From the NCBI GenBank assembly GCA_964016885.1, contig OZ024748.1, positions 26,226,001 to 26,290,000 on the forward strand: DNA of 64,000 nucleotides, given 5' to 3'. Positions 28,135 through 46,100 of the stretch are shown one piece after another; the first letter of the stretch is position 1, and each line of letters begins with the position of its first letter. Under the pieces are notes generated by a model that saw only the letters and a program-made list of their open reading frames with translations, had not been told where the DNA came from and searched no databases. The position numbers were made by a program, and so were the translations under genes. Origin of the DNA: Eledone cirrhosa (Eukaryota).

Positions 28135-31100
28135 AGAAGATGACAACATCCGCGTATGGACCAACCACAGAAGGGATACATAAGGTAACGTCAAATATAT
28201 TTTATCAACTTTCATCAAAAAAAAATATTGAAATCACAACACCATCACAAAAGCCTGCTATTACATTAACATTCGAAAAGAAAAAAAAAGGTGGGGAAAA
28301 AGAAGACAAAACACAAACACTGACGACAGGGGAACCAATCATAACATCACCAATGGTTAAACGAACAACAATTCTATTTAAGACCACAGCTTTCATGACA
28401 ACTAGTGAAAGACCTACCATAACCGCTATAGCTAAAACACCTACCACAAAAACTGCTACTAGAGAAAAAACAAATACCACAACAACTACAGGTACAACAC
28501 CTACCATGATAGTTACAGGTACAACACGTACCACAACAGTTACAAGTACAACACCTACCACAACAGTTACAGGTAAAAAACCTACCACAACAGTTACAGG
28601 TACAACATCTACCACGACAACTACAGGTTTAACACCTACCATGACAACTATAGGTACAACACCTACCACAAAAACTACTGGTACAACACCTACCATGACA
28701 GCTACAGGTACAATACCTACCATAACAACTACAGGTAGAACACCTATCATAACAACTACTGGTAAAACACCTACCATAACAACTACAGGTACAACACCTA
28801 CCACAACAACAACAGATACAACATCTACCACGACAACTACAGGTACAACACCTACCACAACAACTACAGGTACAACACCTACCACAACAGGTACAACACC
28901 TAACATGACAGTTACAGGTACAACACCTACCATCACAACTACAGGTGCAACACCTACCATAACAGCTACAGGTACAATGGCTACCACAATATTTACAGTT
29001 ACAACAGCTACCGCAACAACTACAGGTACGACACCTACCATAAATACTACAGGTACAACACCTACCACGACAACTACAGGTACACCAGCTACCACAACAG
29101 TTACAGGTACAACACCTACCACAACAACAGGTACAACACCTACCACAACAACAACAGGTACACCACCTGCAACAACAACAACAGGTACAACACCTAACAC
29201 AACAACTACAGGCACAACACCTACAGGCACAACAACTACAGGCACAACACCTACCACAATAACTACAGGTACAACACCTACCATAACAACTACAGGTACA
29301 ACACCTACCACAACAACTACAGGTACAACACCTACCATAAAAACTACAGGTACAACACCTACCATAACAACTACAGGTACAACACCTACGACAACAACTA
29401 CAGGTACAACATCTACCAAAACAACAAGTACAACACCTATCACGAAAACTACAGGTACAACACCTACCACAACAACTACAGGTACAACACCTAACATGAC
29501 AGTTACAGGTACAACATCTACCAACACAACTACAGGTACAACACCTACCACAACAACTAGAGGTGCAACACCTACCATGACAGCTACAGGTACAACGGCT
29601 ACCATAAAATCTACAGGTACACCACCTACCACAACAGTTACAGGTACAACACCTACCACAACAACAACAACAGGTACAACACCTACCACAACCACTACAG
29701 GTACAACACCTACCACAAAAACTACAGGTACAACACCTAACATGACAGTTACAGGTACAACACCTATCGCAACAGTTACAGGTAAAACACCAACCACAAA
29801 AACTACAAGTAAAACAGGTACCATAACAACTACAGGTACAACACCTACCACAAAAGCTACAGGTACAACACACACCATAAAACCTACAGGTACAACACAT
29901 ACCATAAAACCTACAGGTACAACACATACCATAACAACTACAAGTACAACACCTACCATAACAATTACAGGTACAACACCTACCACAACAACTACAGGTA
30001 TAACACCTACCAAAACAAGTACAGTTACAACACCTAGCACAAAAACTACAGGTACAACACCTACCACAACAGTTACAGGTACAACTACCATGACAACTAC
30101 AGGTGCAACACCTACCACAATAGTTACAGATAAAAGACCAACCACAACAAAAAGTACAACACCTACCACAAGTACAGGTACAACACCTACCACAACAGAT
30201 ACAGGTACCACACCTGCAGTTACAACATCTACAACAACAGCTACAGGTACAACACCTACCATGCCAACAACAGGTACAGCACCTACCACAACAACTACAG
30301 GTACAGCACCTACAACAACAACTACAAGTAAAGCACCTATCATAACAACTACAGGTACAACACCTACTTTGAAAGTTACTACACCAACCATGAAAACTAC
30401 AGGTACAACACCTACCATGACAGTTACTGGTACAACACCTACCACAACAACTGCAGGTACAACAACTACCAAAACAACACCTACAGGTACAGCAACTACT
30501 ATGATTGTTACAGGTACAGCACCTACCATGACAATTACAGGTGCAACACCTACCACAATCGTTACAGGTGCAACACCTACCATGACAACTACAGGTACAA
30601 CACCTACCACAACAAGTACAGTTACAACATCTACCACAACAAGTCCAACACCTATCACAACAACTACAGATACAAAACCAACAACAACAAGTACAACACC
30701 TACTACAACAACTACAGGTACAACACCTACCACAACAACAAGTAAAACACCTACCACAACTACAGGTACAACCGCTACAAAAACGCCTACCATGTCAACT
30801 ACAGGTAGAGCACCTATCATAACAACTACAGGTACAACACCTACAACAACAACTACAGGTACAACACCTACCATAACAACTACAGGTACAACACCTACCA
30901 TAACAACTACAGGTACAACACCTACCATAACAACTACAGGTACAACACCTACCACAACAACTACAAGTACAACATCTACCACAACAGTTACAGGTACACC
31001 ACCTATTACGACAACTACAGGTACAAGACCTACCGTAACAACTACAGGTACAACACGTACCACAACAACAGGTACAAAACGTACCACAACAACAAGTACA

Positions 31101-34100
31101 ACACCTACCACAACAACAACAACAGGTACAACACCTGCCACTCCAACTACAGTTACGACACCTACCATAACTACAAAACCTACCACAACAAATACAACAC
31201 CTAACACAACAGTTACAGGTACAAAACCTACCACAACAACTACAATTACAACACCTACCACAACAACTACAGGTAGACCACCTACCAGAACAACTACAGG
31301 TACAACACCTACCACAACAGCTACAGGTCCAACACCTACCATGAGAGCTACAGGTACAACGGCTACCACAACCACTACAGGTACAACACCTACCACAACA
31401 GTTATAGATACAATACCTACCACAACAACTACCAAAACTACAGTTACAACACCTACCATGACAGTTACAGGTACAACACCTTCCATGACAGTTACAGGTA
31501 CAACACCTACCACAACAACAACAGATACAACATCTACCACGACAACTACAGGTACAACACCTACCACAACAACTACAGGTACAACACCTACCACAACTAC
31601 AGGTACAACACCTAACATGACAGTTACAGGTACAACACCTACCATCACAACTACAGGTGCAACACCTACCATGACAGCTACAGGTACAACGGCTACCACA
31701 ATATTTACAGTTACAACAGCTACCGCAACAACTACAGGTACGACACCTACCATAAATACTACAGGTACAACACCTACCACGACAACTACAGGTACACCAG
31801 CTACCACAACAGTTACAGGTACAACACCTACCAGAACAACAGGTACAACACCTACCACAACAACAACAGGTACAACACCTGCAACAACAACAACAGGTAC
31901 AACACCTGCAACAACAACAACAGGTACAACACCTACCATAACAACTACAGGTACAACACCTATCACGACAACTACAGGTACAACACCTACCACAACAACT
32001 ACAAGTACAACACCTAACACAACAACAGGTACAACACCAACAACAAAAACTACAAGTAAAACACGTACAATAACTACAGGTACAACGCCTACAACAAAAA
32101 CTACAGGTACAACACCTACAGGAACAACACCTACCACAACAACTACCATAACAACTACAAGTAAAACACCTACCACAACAACTACAACACCTACCAAAAC
32201 AACTACAGTTACACCAGCTACAGGTACAACACCTACCACAACAACTACAGGCACAACACCTACCACAACAACTACAGGCACAACACCTACCACAATAACT
32301 ACAGGTACAACACCTACCATAACAACTACAGGTACAACACCTATCACAACAACTACAGGTACAACACCTACCACAACAACTACAGGTACAACACCTACCA
32401 TAAAAACTACAGGTACAACACCTACCATAACAACTACAGGTACAACACCTACGACAACAACTACAGGTACAACACCTACGACAACAACTACAGGTACATC
32501 TACCACAACTACAGGTACAACATCTACCAAATCAACAAGTACAACACCTATCACGACAACTACAGGTACAACACCTACCACAACAACTACAGGTACAACA
32601 CCTAACATGACAGTTACAGGTACAACATCTACCAACACAACTACAGGTACAACAACTACCACAACAACTAGAGGTGCAACACCTACCATGACAGCTACAG
32701 GTACAACAGCTACCATAAAATCTACAGGTATAACACCTACCACGACAACTACAGGTACACCACCTACCACAACAGTTACAGGTACAACACCTACCACAAC
32801 AACAACAGGTACAACACCTGCAACAACAACAACAGGTACAACACCTGCAACAACAACAACAGGTACAACACCTACCACAACAACTACAGTTACAACACCT
32901 ACCACAACAACTACAGTTACAACACCTACCACAACAACTACAGGTAGACCACCTACCACAACAACTACAGGTACAACACCTACCACAACAGCTAGAGGTC
33001 CAACACCTACCATGAGAGCTACAGGTACAACGGCTACCACAACCACTACAGGTACAACACCTACCACAACAGTTACAGGTACAACACCTACCACAACAAC
33101 AGGTACAACACCTACCACGACAACAACAGGTAGAGCACCTATCACAACAACTACAGGTACAACACCTACCACAACAGTTATAGGTACAATACCTACCACA
33201 ACAACTACCACATCTACAGTTACAACACCTACCATGACAGTTACAGGTACAAAACCAACCACGAAAACTACAGGTACAACTCCTATCATGACAGTTACAG
33301 GTACAACACCTACCACAAGAACTACAGGTACAACACCTACCATAACAGCTACAGGTACAAAACCTACCACAACAACAACAGGGACAACACGTAACAAAAC
33401 TACAGGTACAACTACCATGACAGTTACAGGTACAACGGCTACCACAATATTTACAGTTACAACACCCACCGCAACAACTACAGTTACAACACCTGCCATA
33501 ACAACTACAAGTACAACACCTAGCACAACAACTACAGGTACAACACCTACCACAAAAGTTACAGGTACAACACCTAGCACAACAACAGGTACAACACGTA
33601 ACACAACAACAGGTACAACACTTACCATAACAACTACAGGTACAAAACCTATCACAACTACAGGTACAACATCTACCACTACCACTACAGGTACAACACC
33701 TACCACAACAACTACAGGTTCAACACCTACCATGAGAGTTACAACATCTACCACAACTACAGGTACAACACCTACCACAACAACAACAGGTACAACACCT
33801 ACCATGAAAACTACAGGTGCAACACCTACCACAATAGTTACAGAGACAACACCTACCATGACAACTACAGGTACAACACCTACCATAACAACTACATGTA
33901 CAACACCTACCATAACAGCTACAGATACAACACATACCACAACAAAAAGTACACCTACCACGACAAGTACAACGCATAGTACCACAACTACAGGTACAAC
34001 ACCTAACACAACTACAGGCACAACACTTACCACAACTACAGGTACAACACCTACCACGATCACTACAGATAAAACACCTACCATAACTACAGGTACAGCA

Positions 34101-37100
34101 CCTACCATAACAGTTACAGGGACAACACCAAACACAACAACAACAGGTACAACACCTACCATAACAACTACAGATACACCTACAAGAAAAACTACAGCTA
34201 CAACACCAACCATGAGAACTACAGATACAACACCTACCACAGCAACTACAGGTACAACACCTACCATGGCAACTACAGGTGCAACAACTACCACAACAGT
34301 TACAGGTACAACACCTACCACAAAAACTACACGTACAACACCTACCAGGACAACTACAGGTACAACACATACCATAACAATTACAGGTACAACACCTACC
34401 ACAACAATAGGTACAACACCTGACACAACAACTACAGTTATAACACCTACCATAACAACTACTGGTACAACACCTTCCATAACAACTACACGTACAACAC
34501 CTACCACAACAAGTACAACACCTACCACAACTACAGGTACAACACCTACCACAACAACTACAGTTACAACACCTACCACAACAGTTACAGGTACAACACC
34601 TGCCACAACAATAACAGGTACAACACCTACCACAACAACAGCTACAACACCTACCGTAACAACTGAAGGTACAACACCTACCACAAAAACTACAGTTACA
34701 ACATTTACCACAACAAGTACAACACCTACCACAACAGTCACAGGTATAACACCTTCCATATCACCTACAGTTACAACACCTACCACAACAACAGGTACAA
34801 CACCTACCATAATATCTACAGGTACAACATCTACCATTACAGCTACAGGTACAACACCTAGCACAACAACTACAGGTACAACACCAACCACGAGAACTAC
34901 AGGATCAACACCTACCATGACAACTACAGGTACAACACCTACCATAACAGCTACAGGTACAATAACTACCAGAACAACAGCAGATACAACACCTACCATA
35001 ACAACTACAGGTACAACACCTAGCACAACAACTACAGGCACAACACCTACCATGACAGTTACAGGTACAACACCAGCCATGAGAACTACAGGTACAAAAC
35101 CTACCATGACAACTACAGGTAAAACACCTACCATAACAGCTACAGTTACAACTACTAGGACAGTTACAGGTAGAACACCTAGAACAACAACTACAGGTAT
35201 AACACCTACCACAAAAGTTACAGGTACAACACCTACCACAAAAACTACAGGTACAACACCTACAAACACAACTACAGGTGCAACACCTACCACAACAGTT
35301 ACAGGTACAACACCTATCTCAACACTTGCAGTTACAACATCTACACCAACTACAGGTACAGCACCTACCACAACAACACGTACAACACCTACCACGAAAA
35401 CTACAGGTACAACACATACCACAACTACAGGTACAACACCTACCATAACAACTACAGGTGCAACACCTACCACAACAACAGGTACAACACCTGCCACAAC
35501 AACTACAGTTATAACAGCTACCAAAACAACTACAGGTACAATACCTACCATAACAACTACAGCTACAACACCTACCACGACAACTACAGTTACAACAACT
35601 ACCACAACAGTTACAGGTACAAAACCGACAGTTACAACAGCTACCACAACAAGAACAGGTACAACACCAACCACAACAAGTACAACACCTACCACAACAA
35701 CTAGAGGTACAACACCTCCCATAACAGCTACAGGTACAACACCTACCAGAACAGTTATAAAACCTACCACATCACTTACAGGTACAACACCTACCATATC
35801 ACCTACAGTTACAACACCTACCACAATAACAGGTACAACACCTAGCACAACTACAGGTACAACGCCAACCAAAATAACTACAGGTACAACACCTACCATG
35901 ACAACTACAGCTACAACACCTACCATAACAGCTACAGGTACAAAACCTACCATGACAGTTACAGGTACAACACCAGCCATGACAACTACAGGTACAACAC
36001 CTACCATGACGACTACAGGTAAAACACCTACCATAACAGCTACAGGTACAATTACTATGACAGTTACAGGTAGAACACCTACAACAACAACTACAGGTAC
36101 AACTCCTACCATAACAACTACAGGTGCAACACCTACCACAACAGTTACAAGTACAACAGCTACCATGACAACTACAGGTGCAACACCTACCACAACAGTT
36201 ACAGGTACAACACCTACCACAACACCTGCAGTTAGAACACCTACAGTTACAACACCTACCACAACAACTACAGGTACAACACCTCCCACAACTACAGGTA
36301 CAACACCTACCACAAAAACTGGTACAACAGCTGCCACAACAACTACAGTTATAACACCTACCATAACAACTACAGGTACAACACCTACCACGACAACTAC
36401 AGGTACAACACCTACAGTTACAACACCTACCACAACAGTTACAGGTACAAAACCGACAGTTACAACAGCTACCACAACAAGAACAGGTACAATACCAACC
36501 ACAAGTACAACACCTACCAAAACAACTACAGGTACAACACGTACCACAACAACTACAGGTACAACACCTACCACGACCATTACAGATACAACACCTACCA
36601 TAACAACTACAGGTACAACACCTACCACAACAACTAGAGGTACAACACCTCCCATAACAGCTACAGGTACAACACCTCCCATAACAGCTACAGGTACAAC
36701 ACCTCACATAACAGCTACAGGTACAACACCTACCACATCACTTACAGGTACAACACCTACCATATCACCTACAGTTACAACACCTACCACAATAACAGGT
36801 ACAACACCTAGCACAACAACTACAGGTACAACGCCAACCACAAGAACTACAGGTACAACACCTACCATGACAACTACAGCTACAACACCTAGTATAACAG
36901 CTACAGGTGCAAAACCTACCATGACAGTTACAGGTACAACACCAGCCATGACAACTACAGGTACAACACCTACCATGACGACTATGGGTAAAACACCTAC
37001 CATAACAGCTACAGGTACAACACCTAACACAACAACTACAGGTACAACTACTATGACAGTTACAGGTAGAACACCTACAACAACACCTACAGTTACAACA

Positions 37101-40100
37101 CCTACCACAACAACTAGTAGTACAACACCTACCACAAAAACTGGTACAACACCTGCCACAACAACTACAGTTACAACACCTACCATAACAACTACAGGTA
37201 CAACACCTACCATAACAACTACAGGTACAACACCTACCATAACAACTACAGCTACAACACCTACCACGACAACTACAAGTACAACACCTACAGTTACAGG
37301 TACAAAACCTACAGTTACAGGTACAACACCTTCCATATCACCTACAGTTACAACATCTACTACAACAAGAAGAGGTACAACACCTACCATAACATCTACA
37401 GGTACAACACCTACCACAACTATAAGTACAACACCAACCATGAGAACTACAGGTAAAACACCTACCATAACAGCTACAGTCACAACACCTACCAGAACAA
37501 CAATAGGTACAACACCTGCCATAACAACTACAGCTACAACACCCACATTGACAGTTACAGGTACAAATCCTACCACAACAACTACAGGTACAACACCTAC
37601 CATAACAACTACAGGTGCAACACCTTCCAGGACAACTACAAGTGCAACACTTACTACAACAGTTACAGGTACAATACCTATCACAACACTTGCGGTTTCA
37701 ACACCTAGCACTACAATTACAGGCACAGCACCTACCACAACTACACGTACAACACCTACCACGACAACTACAGGTACAACACCTACCATAACAACTACAG
37801 CTACAACACCTACCACAACAACTACAGGTACAACACCTACAGTTACAACACCTACCACAACAGTTACAGGTACACCGACAGTTACAACACCTACCACAAC
37901 AAGAACAAGTACACCTACCATAACAACTACAGGTACAACACCTACCATAACAGTTACAGGGACAACACCTAACACAACAACTACAGGTACAACACCTATC
38001 ATAACAACTACAGGTACAACACCTCCCATAACAGCTACAGGTACAACACCTAGCATGACAACTACAGGTACAACACCTACCAGAACAGTTACAGGTACAA
38101 CACCTACCATATCACTTACAGGTACAACACCTACCACAACAACAGGTACAACACCAACCACGGGAACTACAGGTACAACACCTACCATGATAACTACAGG
38201 TACAACACCTACCAGAACAGCTACAGGTACAACACCTACCAGAATAACAGGTACAACACCTACCATGACAGTTACAGGTACAACACCAGCCATGAGAACT
38301 ACAGGTACAACACCTACCATGACAACTACAGGCAAAACACCTACCATAACATTTACAGGTACAACACCTAAAACAACAACTACAGGTACAACTACTATGA
38401 CAGTTACAGGTAGAACACCTACAACAACAACTACAGGTACAACACCTCCCACAACAGTTATAAGTACAATACCTACCATAACAACTACAGGTGCAACACC
38501 TACCACAACAGTTACAGGTACAACACCTACCACAACACCTGCAGTTAGAACACCTACCACAACAACTACAGGTACAACACCTACCACAACTACAGGTACA
38601 ACACCTACCATAACAACTACAGTTACAACACCTACCACAACACCTGCCACAAAAACTACAGTTATAACACCTACCATAACAACTACAGCTACACCACCTA
38701 CCACTTCAGCTACAGGTACAACACCTACCATGACAACTACAGGTAAAACACCTACCATAACAGCTACAGGTACAACACCTAACACAACAACTACAGGTAC
38801 AACAACTACTAGGACAGTTACAGGTAGAACACCTACAACAACAACTACAGGTACAACACCTACCATAACAACTACAGGTGCAACACCTACCACAACAGTT
38901 ACAAGTACAACACCTGCAGTTAGAACACCTACCACAACACCTACAGTTACAACACCTACCACAACTACAGGTACAACACCTATCATAACAACTAGAGTTA
39001 CAACACCTACCATAACTACAGTTACAACACTTACCATCACAACTACAGGTGCAACAGCTACAACAACAGTTACAGGTACAACACCTACCACAACAACTAC
39101 AGGTAGAGCACCTACCACAACAACTACACGTACAACACCTACCACGACAACTACAGGTACAACACCAACCACAACTACAGGTACAACACCTACCACAACA
39201 GTTATAAGTACAACACCTACCACAACAGTTACAGAAACAACACCTACCACAACATCTGCAGTTAGAACACCTACCACAACACCTACCACAACTACAGGTA
39301 CAACACCTATCATAACAACTAGAGTTACAACACCTACCATAAGAACTACAGTTACAACACCTACCATCACAACTACAGGTGCAACACCTACCACAACAGT
39401 TACAGGTACAACACCTACCACAACACTTGCAGTTACAACACCTACCACAACTACAGGTACAGCACCTACCACAACAACTACACGTACAACACCTACCGCG
39501 ACAACTACACGTACAACACCTACCACAACTACAGGTAAAACACCTACCATAACTACAGTTACAACACCTACAACAACAAGAACAGGTACAACACCTACCA
39601 CACCTACCATAAAAACTACAGGTACAACACCTACCACGACCACTACAGATACAAAACCTACCACAACAACTACAGGTACAACATCTAACACAACAACTAC
39701 AGATACAACACCTACCACAACAACTACAGATACAACACCTACCATAACAACTACAGGTACAACACCTACCATAACAGCTACAGGTACAACACCTACCAGA
39801 ACAACAACAGGTACAACATCTACCATAACAACTACAGGTACAACACCTAGCACAACAATTACAGGTACAACACCTACAACAACAACTACAGGTATAACAC
39901 CTACCATAACAACTACAGGTGCAACACCTACCACAACAGTTACAAGTACAACACCTACCATAACAACTACAGGTGCAACACCTACCACAGCAGTTACAGG
40001 TACAACACCTACCACAACACCTGCAGTTAGAACACCTAACACAACAACTACAGGTACAACACCTATCATAACAACTAGAGCTACAACACCTACCATCACA

Positions 40101-43100
40101 ACTACAGGTACAACACCTACCATAACAACTACAGTTACAACACCTACCACAACCATTACACGTACAACACATACCACGACAACTACAGGTACAACACCTG
40201 CCACAACAACTACAGTTATAACACCTGCCATAACAACTACAGGTACAGCACGTACCATAACAACTACAGCTACAACACCTACCACAACAGTTACAGGTAC
40301 AACATCGACAGTTACAACACCTATCACAACAAGAACAGGTACAACACCTACCACAACAACTACAGGTACAACACCTACCACGACCGCTACAGATACAACA
40401 CCTACCATAAGAACTACGGCTACAACAACTACAGTTACAACACCTGCCATAACAGTTAGAGGGACAACACCTATCATAACTACAGGTACAACACCTCCCA
40501 TAACAGCTACAGGTACAACACCTAGCACGACAACTACAGGTACAACACCTACCAGAACAGTTACAGGTAGAAAACCTACCATATCACATACAGGTACAAC
40601 ACCTACCACAACAGCTACAACACCTACCACAACAGTTACAGGTACAACATCGACAGTTACAACACCTATCACAACAAGAACAGGTACAACACCTACCACA
40701 ACAACTACAGGTACAACACCTACTACGACCGCTACAGATACAACACCTACCATAAGAACTACGGCTACAACAACTACAGTTACAACACCTGCCATAACAG
40801 TTAGAGGGACAACACCTATCATAACTACAGGTACAACACCTCCCATAACAGCTACAGGTACAACACCTAGCACGACAACTACAGGTACAACACCTACCAG
40901 AACAGTTACAGGTAGAAAACCTACCATATCACATACAGGTACAACACCTACCACAACAGGTACAACACCTAGCACAACAACTACAGGTACAACACCAACC
41001 ACAAGAACTACAGGTACAACACCTACCATGACAACTACAGGTACAACATCTACCATAACAGCTACAGGTACAACACCTAACAGAACAACAACAGATACAA
41101 CACCTACCATAACAACTACAGTTACAACACCTACCACAACAGCAGGTACAACACCTAGTACAACAACTACAGGTACAACACCAGCCATGAGAACCACAGG
41201 TACAACACCTACCATGACAATTACAGGTAAAACACCTATCATAACAGCTACAGGTACAACACCTAACACAACAACTACTATGACAGTTACAGGTAGAACA
41301 CCTGCAACAACAACTACAGGTACACCTTCCATAACAACTACAGGTGCAACACCTAGCACAACAGTTACAGGTACAACACCTACCACAACACCTGCAGTTA
41401 GAACACCTACAGTTACAACACCTACCACAACAACTACAGGTACAACACCTCCCACAACTACAGGTACAACAGCTACCACAAAAACTGGTACAACACCTGC
41501 CACAACAACTAGAGTTATAACACCTACCATAACAACTACAGGTACAAAACCTACCATAACAACTACAGCTACAACACCTACCACAACTACAGGTACAACA
41601 CCTACAGTTACAGGTACAACACCTTCCATATCACCTACAGTTACAACACCTACTACAACAAGAAGAGGTACAACACCTACCATAACATCTACAGGTACAA
41701 CACCTACCACAACTATAGGTACAACACCAACGATGAGAACTACAGGTAAAACACCTACCATAACAGCTACAGTCACAACACCTCCCAGAACAACAATAGG
41801 TACAACACCTACCATAACAACTACAGCTACAACACCCACATTGACAGTTACAGGTACAAATCCTACCACAACAACTACAGGTACAACACCTACCATAACA
41901 ACTACAGGTGCAACACCTACCATGACAACTACAAGTGCAACACCTACCACAACAGTTACAGGTACAACACCTATCACAACACTTGCGGTTTCAACACCTA
42001 CCACAACAATTACAGGTACAGCACCTACCACAACTACACGTACAACACCTACCACGAAAACTACAGGTACAACACCTACCACAACTACAGGTACAACACC
42101 TACCACAACAACTACAGGTACAACGCCTACAGTTACAACACCTACCACAACAGTTACCGGTACAAAACCAGCCATAAGAACTACAGGTACAACACCTACC
42201 ATGACAACTACAGGTAAAACACCCACCATAACAGCTACAGATACAACACCTAACACAACAACTACAGGTACAACTACTATGACAGTTACAGGTAGAACAC
42301 CTGCAACAACAACTACAGGTACAACACCTTCCATAACAACTACAGGTGCAACACCTACCACAACAGTTACAAGTACAACACCTACCATGACAACTACAGA
42401 TGCAACACCTACCACAGCAGTTACAGGTACAACACCTACCACAACACCTGCAGTTAGAACACCTAACACAACAACTACAGGTACAACACCTATCATAACA
42501 ACTAGAGCTACAACACCTACCATCACAACTACAGGTACAACACCTACCATAACAACTACAGTTACAACACCTACCACAACCATTACACGTACAACACATA
42601 CCACGACAACTACAGGTACAACACCTGCCACAACAACTACAGTTATAACACCTGCCATAACAACTACAGGTACAGCACGTACCATAACAACTACAGCTAC
42701 AACACCTACCACAACAGTTACAGGTACAACATCGACAGTTACAACACCTATCACAACAAGAACAGGTACAACACCTACCACAACAACTACAGGTACAACA
42801 CCTACCACGACCGCTACAGATACAACACCTACCATAAGAACTACGGCTACAACAACTACAGTTACAACACCTGCCATAACAGTTAGAGGGACAACACCTA
42901 TCATAACTACAGGTACAACACCTCCCATAACAGCTACAGGTACAACACCTAGCACGACAACTACAGGTACAACACCTACCAGAACAGTTACAGGTAGAAA
43001 ACCTACCATATCACATACAGGTACAATACCTACCACAACAGGTACAACACCTAGCACAACAACTACAGGTACAACACCAACCACAAGAACTACAGGTACA

Positions 43101-46100
43101 ACACCTACCATGACAACTACAGGTACAACATCTACCATAACAGCTACAGGTACAACACCTAACAGAACAACAACAGATACAACACCTACCATAACAACTA
43201 CAGTTACAACACCTACCACAACAGCAGGTACAACACCTAGTACAACAACTACAGGTACAACACCAGCCATGAGAACCACAGGTACAACACCTACCATGAC
43301 AATTACAGGTAAAACACCTATCATAACAGCTACAGGTACAACACCTAACACAACAACTACTATGACAGTTACAGGTAGAACACCTGCAACAACAACTACA
43401 GGTACACCTTCCATAACAACTACAGGTGCAACACCTAGCACAACAGTTACAGGTACAACACCTACCACAACACCTGCAGTTAGAACACCTACAGTTACAA
43501 CACCTACCACAACAACTACAGGTACAACACCTCCCACAACTACAGGTACAACAGCTACCACAAAAACTGGTACAACACCTGCCACAACAACTAGAGTTAT
43601 AACACCTACCATAACAACTACAGGTACAAAACCTACCATAACAACTACAGCTACAACACCTACCACAACTACAGGTACAACACCTACAGTTACAGGTACA
43701 ACACCTTCCATATCACCTACAGTTACAACACCTACTACAACAAGAAGAGGTACAACACCTACCATAACATCTGCAGGTACAACACCTACCACAACTATAG
43801 GTACAACACCAACGATGAGAACTACAGGTAAAACACCTACCATAACAGCTACAGTCACAACACCTCCCAGAACAACAATAGGTACAACACCTACCATAAC
43901 AACTACAGCTACAACACCCACATTGACAGTTACAGGTACAAATCCTACCACAACAACTACAGGTACAACACCTACCATAACAACTACAGGTGCAACACCT
44001 ACCATGACAACTACAAGTGCAACACCTACCACAACAGTTACAGGTACAACACCTATCACAACACTTGCGGTTTCAACACCTACCACAACAATTACAGGTA
44101 CAGCACCTACCACAACTACACGTACAACACCTACCACGAAAACTACAGGTACAACACCTACCACAACTACAGGTACAACACCTACCACAACAACTACAGG
44201 TACAACGCCTACAGTTACAACACCTACCACAACAGTTACCGGTACAAAACCAGCCATAAGAACTACAGGTACAACACCTACCATGACAACTACAGGTAAA
44301 ACACCCACCATAACAGCTACAGATACAACACCTAACACAACAACTACAGGTACAACTACTATGACAGTTACAGGTAGAACACCTGCAACAACAACTACAG
44401 GTACAACACCTTCCATAACAACTACAGGTGCAACACCTACCACAACAGTTACAAGTACAACACCTACCATGACAACTACAGATGCAACACCTACCACAAC
44501 AACTACAGGTAAAACACCTACCATAACAACTAGAGTTACAACACCTACCATAAGAACTAGAGTTACAACACCTACCATCACAACTACAGGTGCAACACCT
44601 ACCACAACACTTGCAGTTACAACACCTACCAGAACTACAGGTACAGCACCTACCACAACAACTACACGTACAACACCTGCCGCGACAACTACAGGTACAA
44701 CACCTACCACAACTACAGGTACAACACCTGCCACAACAACTACAGTTATAACACCTACCAAGACAACTACAGGTACAACACCTACAGTTACAACACCTAC
44801 CACAACAGTTACAGGTACAACACCGACAGTTACAACACCTACCACAACAAGAACAGGGACAACACCTACCACACCTACCATAAAAACTACAGGTACAACA
44901 CCTACCACAACAACTACAGGTACAACACCTACCACGACCACTACAGATACAACACCTACCACAACAACTACAGCTACAACAACTACAGGTACAACATCTA
45001 ACACAACAACTACATATACAACAGCTACCATAACAACTACAGGTACAACACCTACCATAACAACTACAGCTACAACACCTACCACAACTAAAGGTACAAC
45101 ACCTACAGTTACAGGTACAACACCTTCCATATCACCTACAGTTACAACACCTACTACAACAAGAAGAGGTACAACACCTACCATAACATCTACAGGTACA
45201 ACACCTACCACAACTATAGGTACAACACAAACGATGAGAACAACAGGTAAAACACCTACCATAACAGCTACAGTCACAACACCTCCCAGAACAACAATAG
45301 GTACAACACCTACCATAACAACTACAGCTACAACACCCACATTGACAGTTACAGCTACAAATCCTACCACAACAACTACAGGTACAACACCTACCATAAC
45401 AACTACAGGTGCAACACCTACCACAACACCTACCATGACAACTACAAGTGCAACACCTACCACAACGGTTACAGGTACAACACCTATCACAACACTTGCG
45501 GTTTCAACACCTACCACAACAATTACAGGTACAGCACCTACCACAACTACACGTACAACACCTACCACGAAAACTACAGGTACAACACCTACCACAACTA
45601 CAGGTACAACACCTACCATAACAACTACAGCTACAACACCTACCACAACAACTACAGGTACAACACATACAGTTACAACACCTACCACAACAGTTACGGG
45701 TACAACACCAGCCATGAGAACTACAGGTACAACACCTACCATGACAACTACAGGTAAAACACCTACCATAACAGCTACAGATACAACACCTAACACAACA
45801 ACTACAGGTACAACAACTACTATGACAGTTACAGGTAGAACACCTGCAATAATAACTACAGGTACAACACCTTCCATAACAACTACAGCTGCAACACCTA
45901 CCACAACAGTTACAAGTACAACACCTACCATGACAACTACAGATGCAACACCTACCACAACAGTAACAAGTACAACACCTACCACAACACCTGCAGTTAG
46001 AACATCTACCACAACACCTACAGTTACAACACCTACCACAACTACTACAAGTAAAACACCTATCATAACAACTAGAGTTACAACACCTACCATAAGAACT

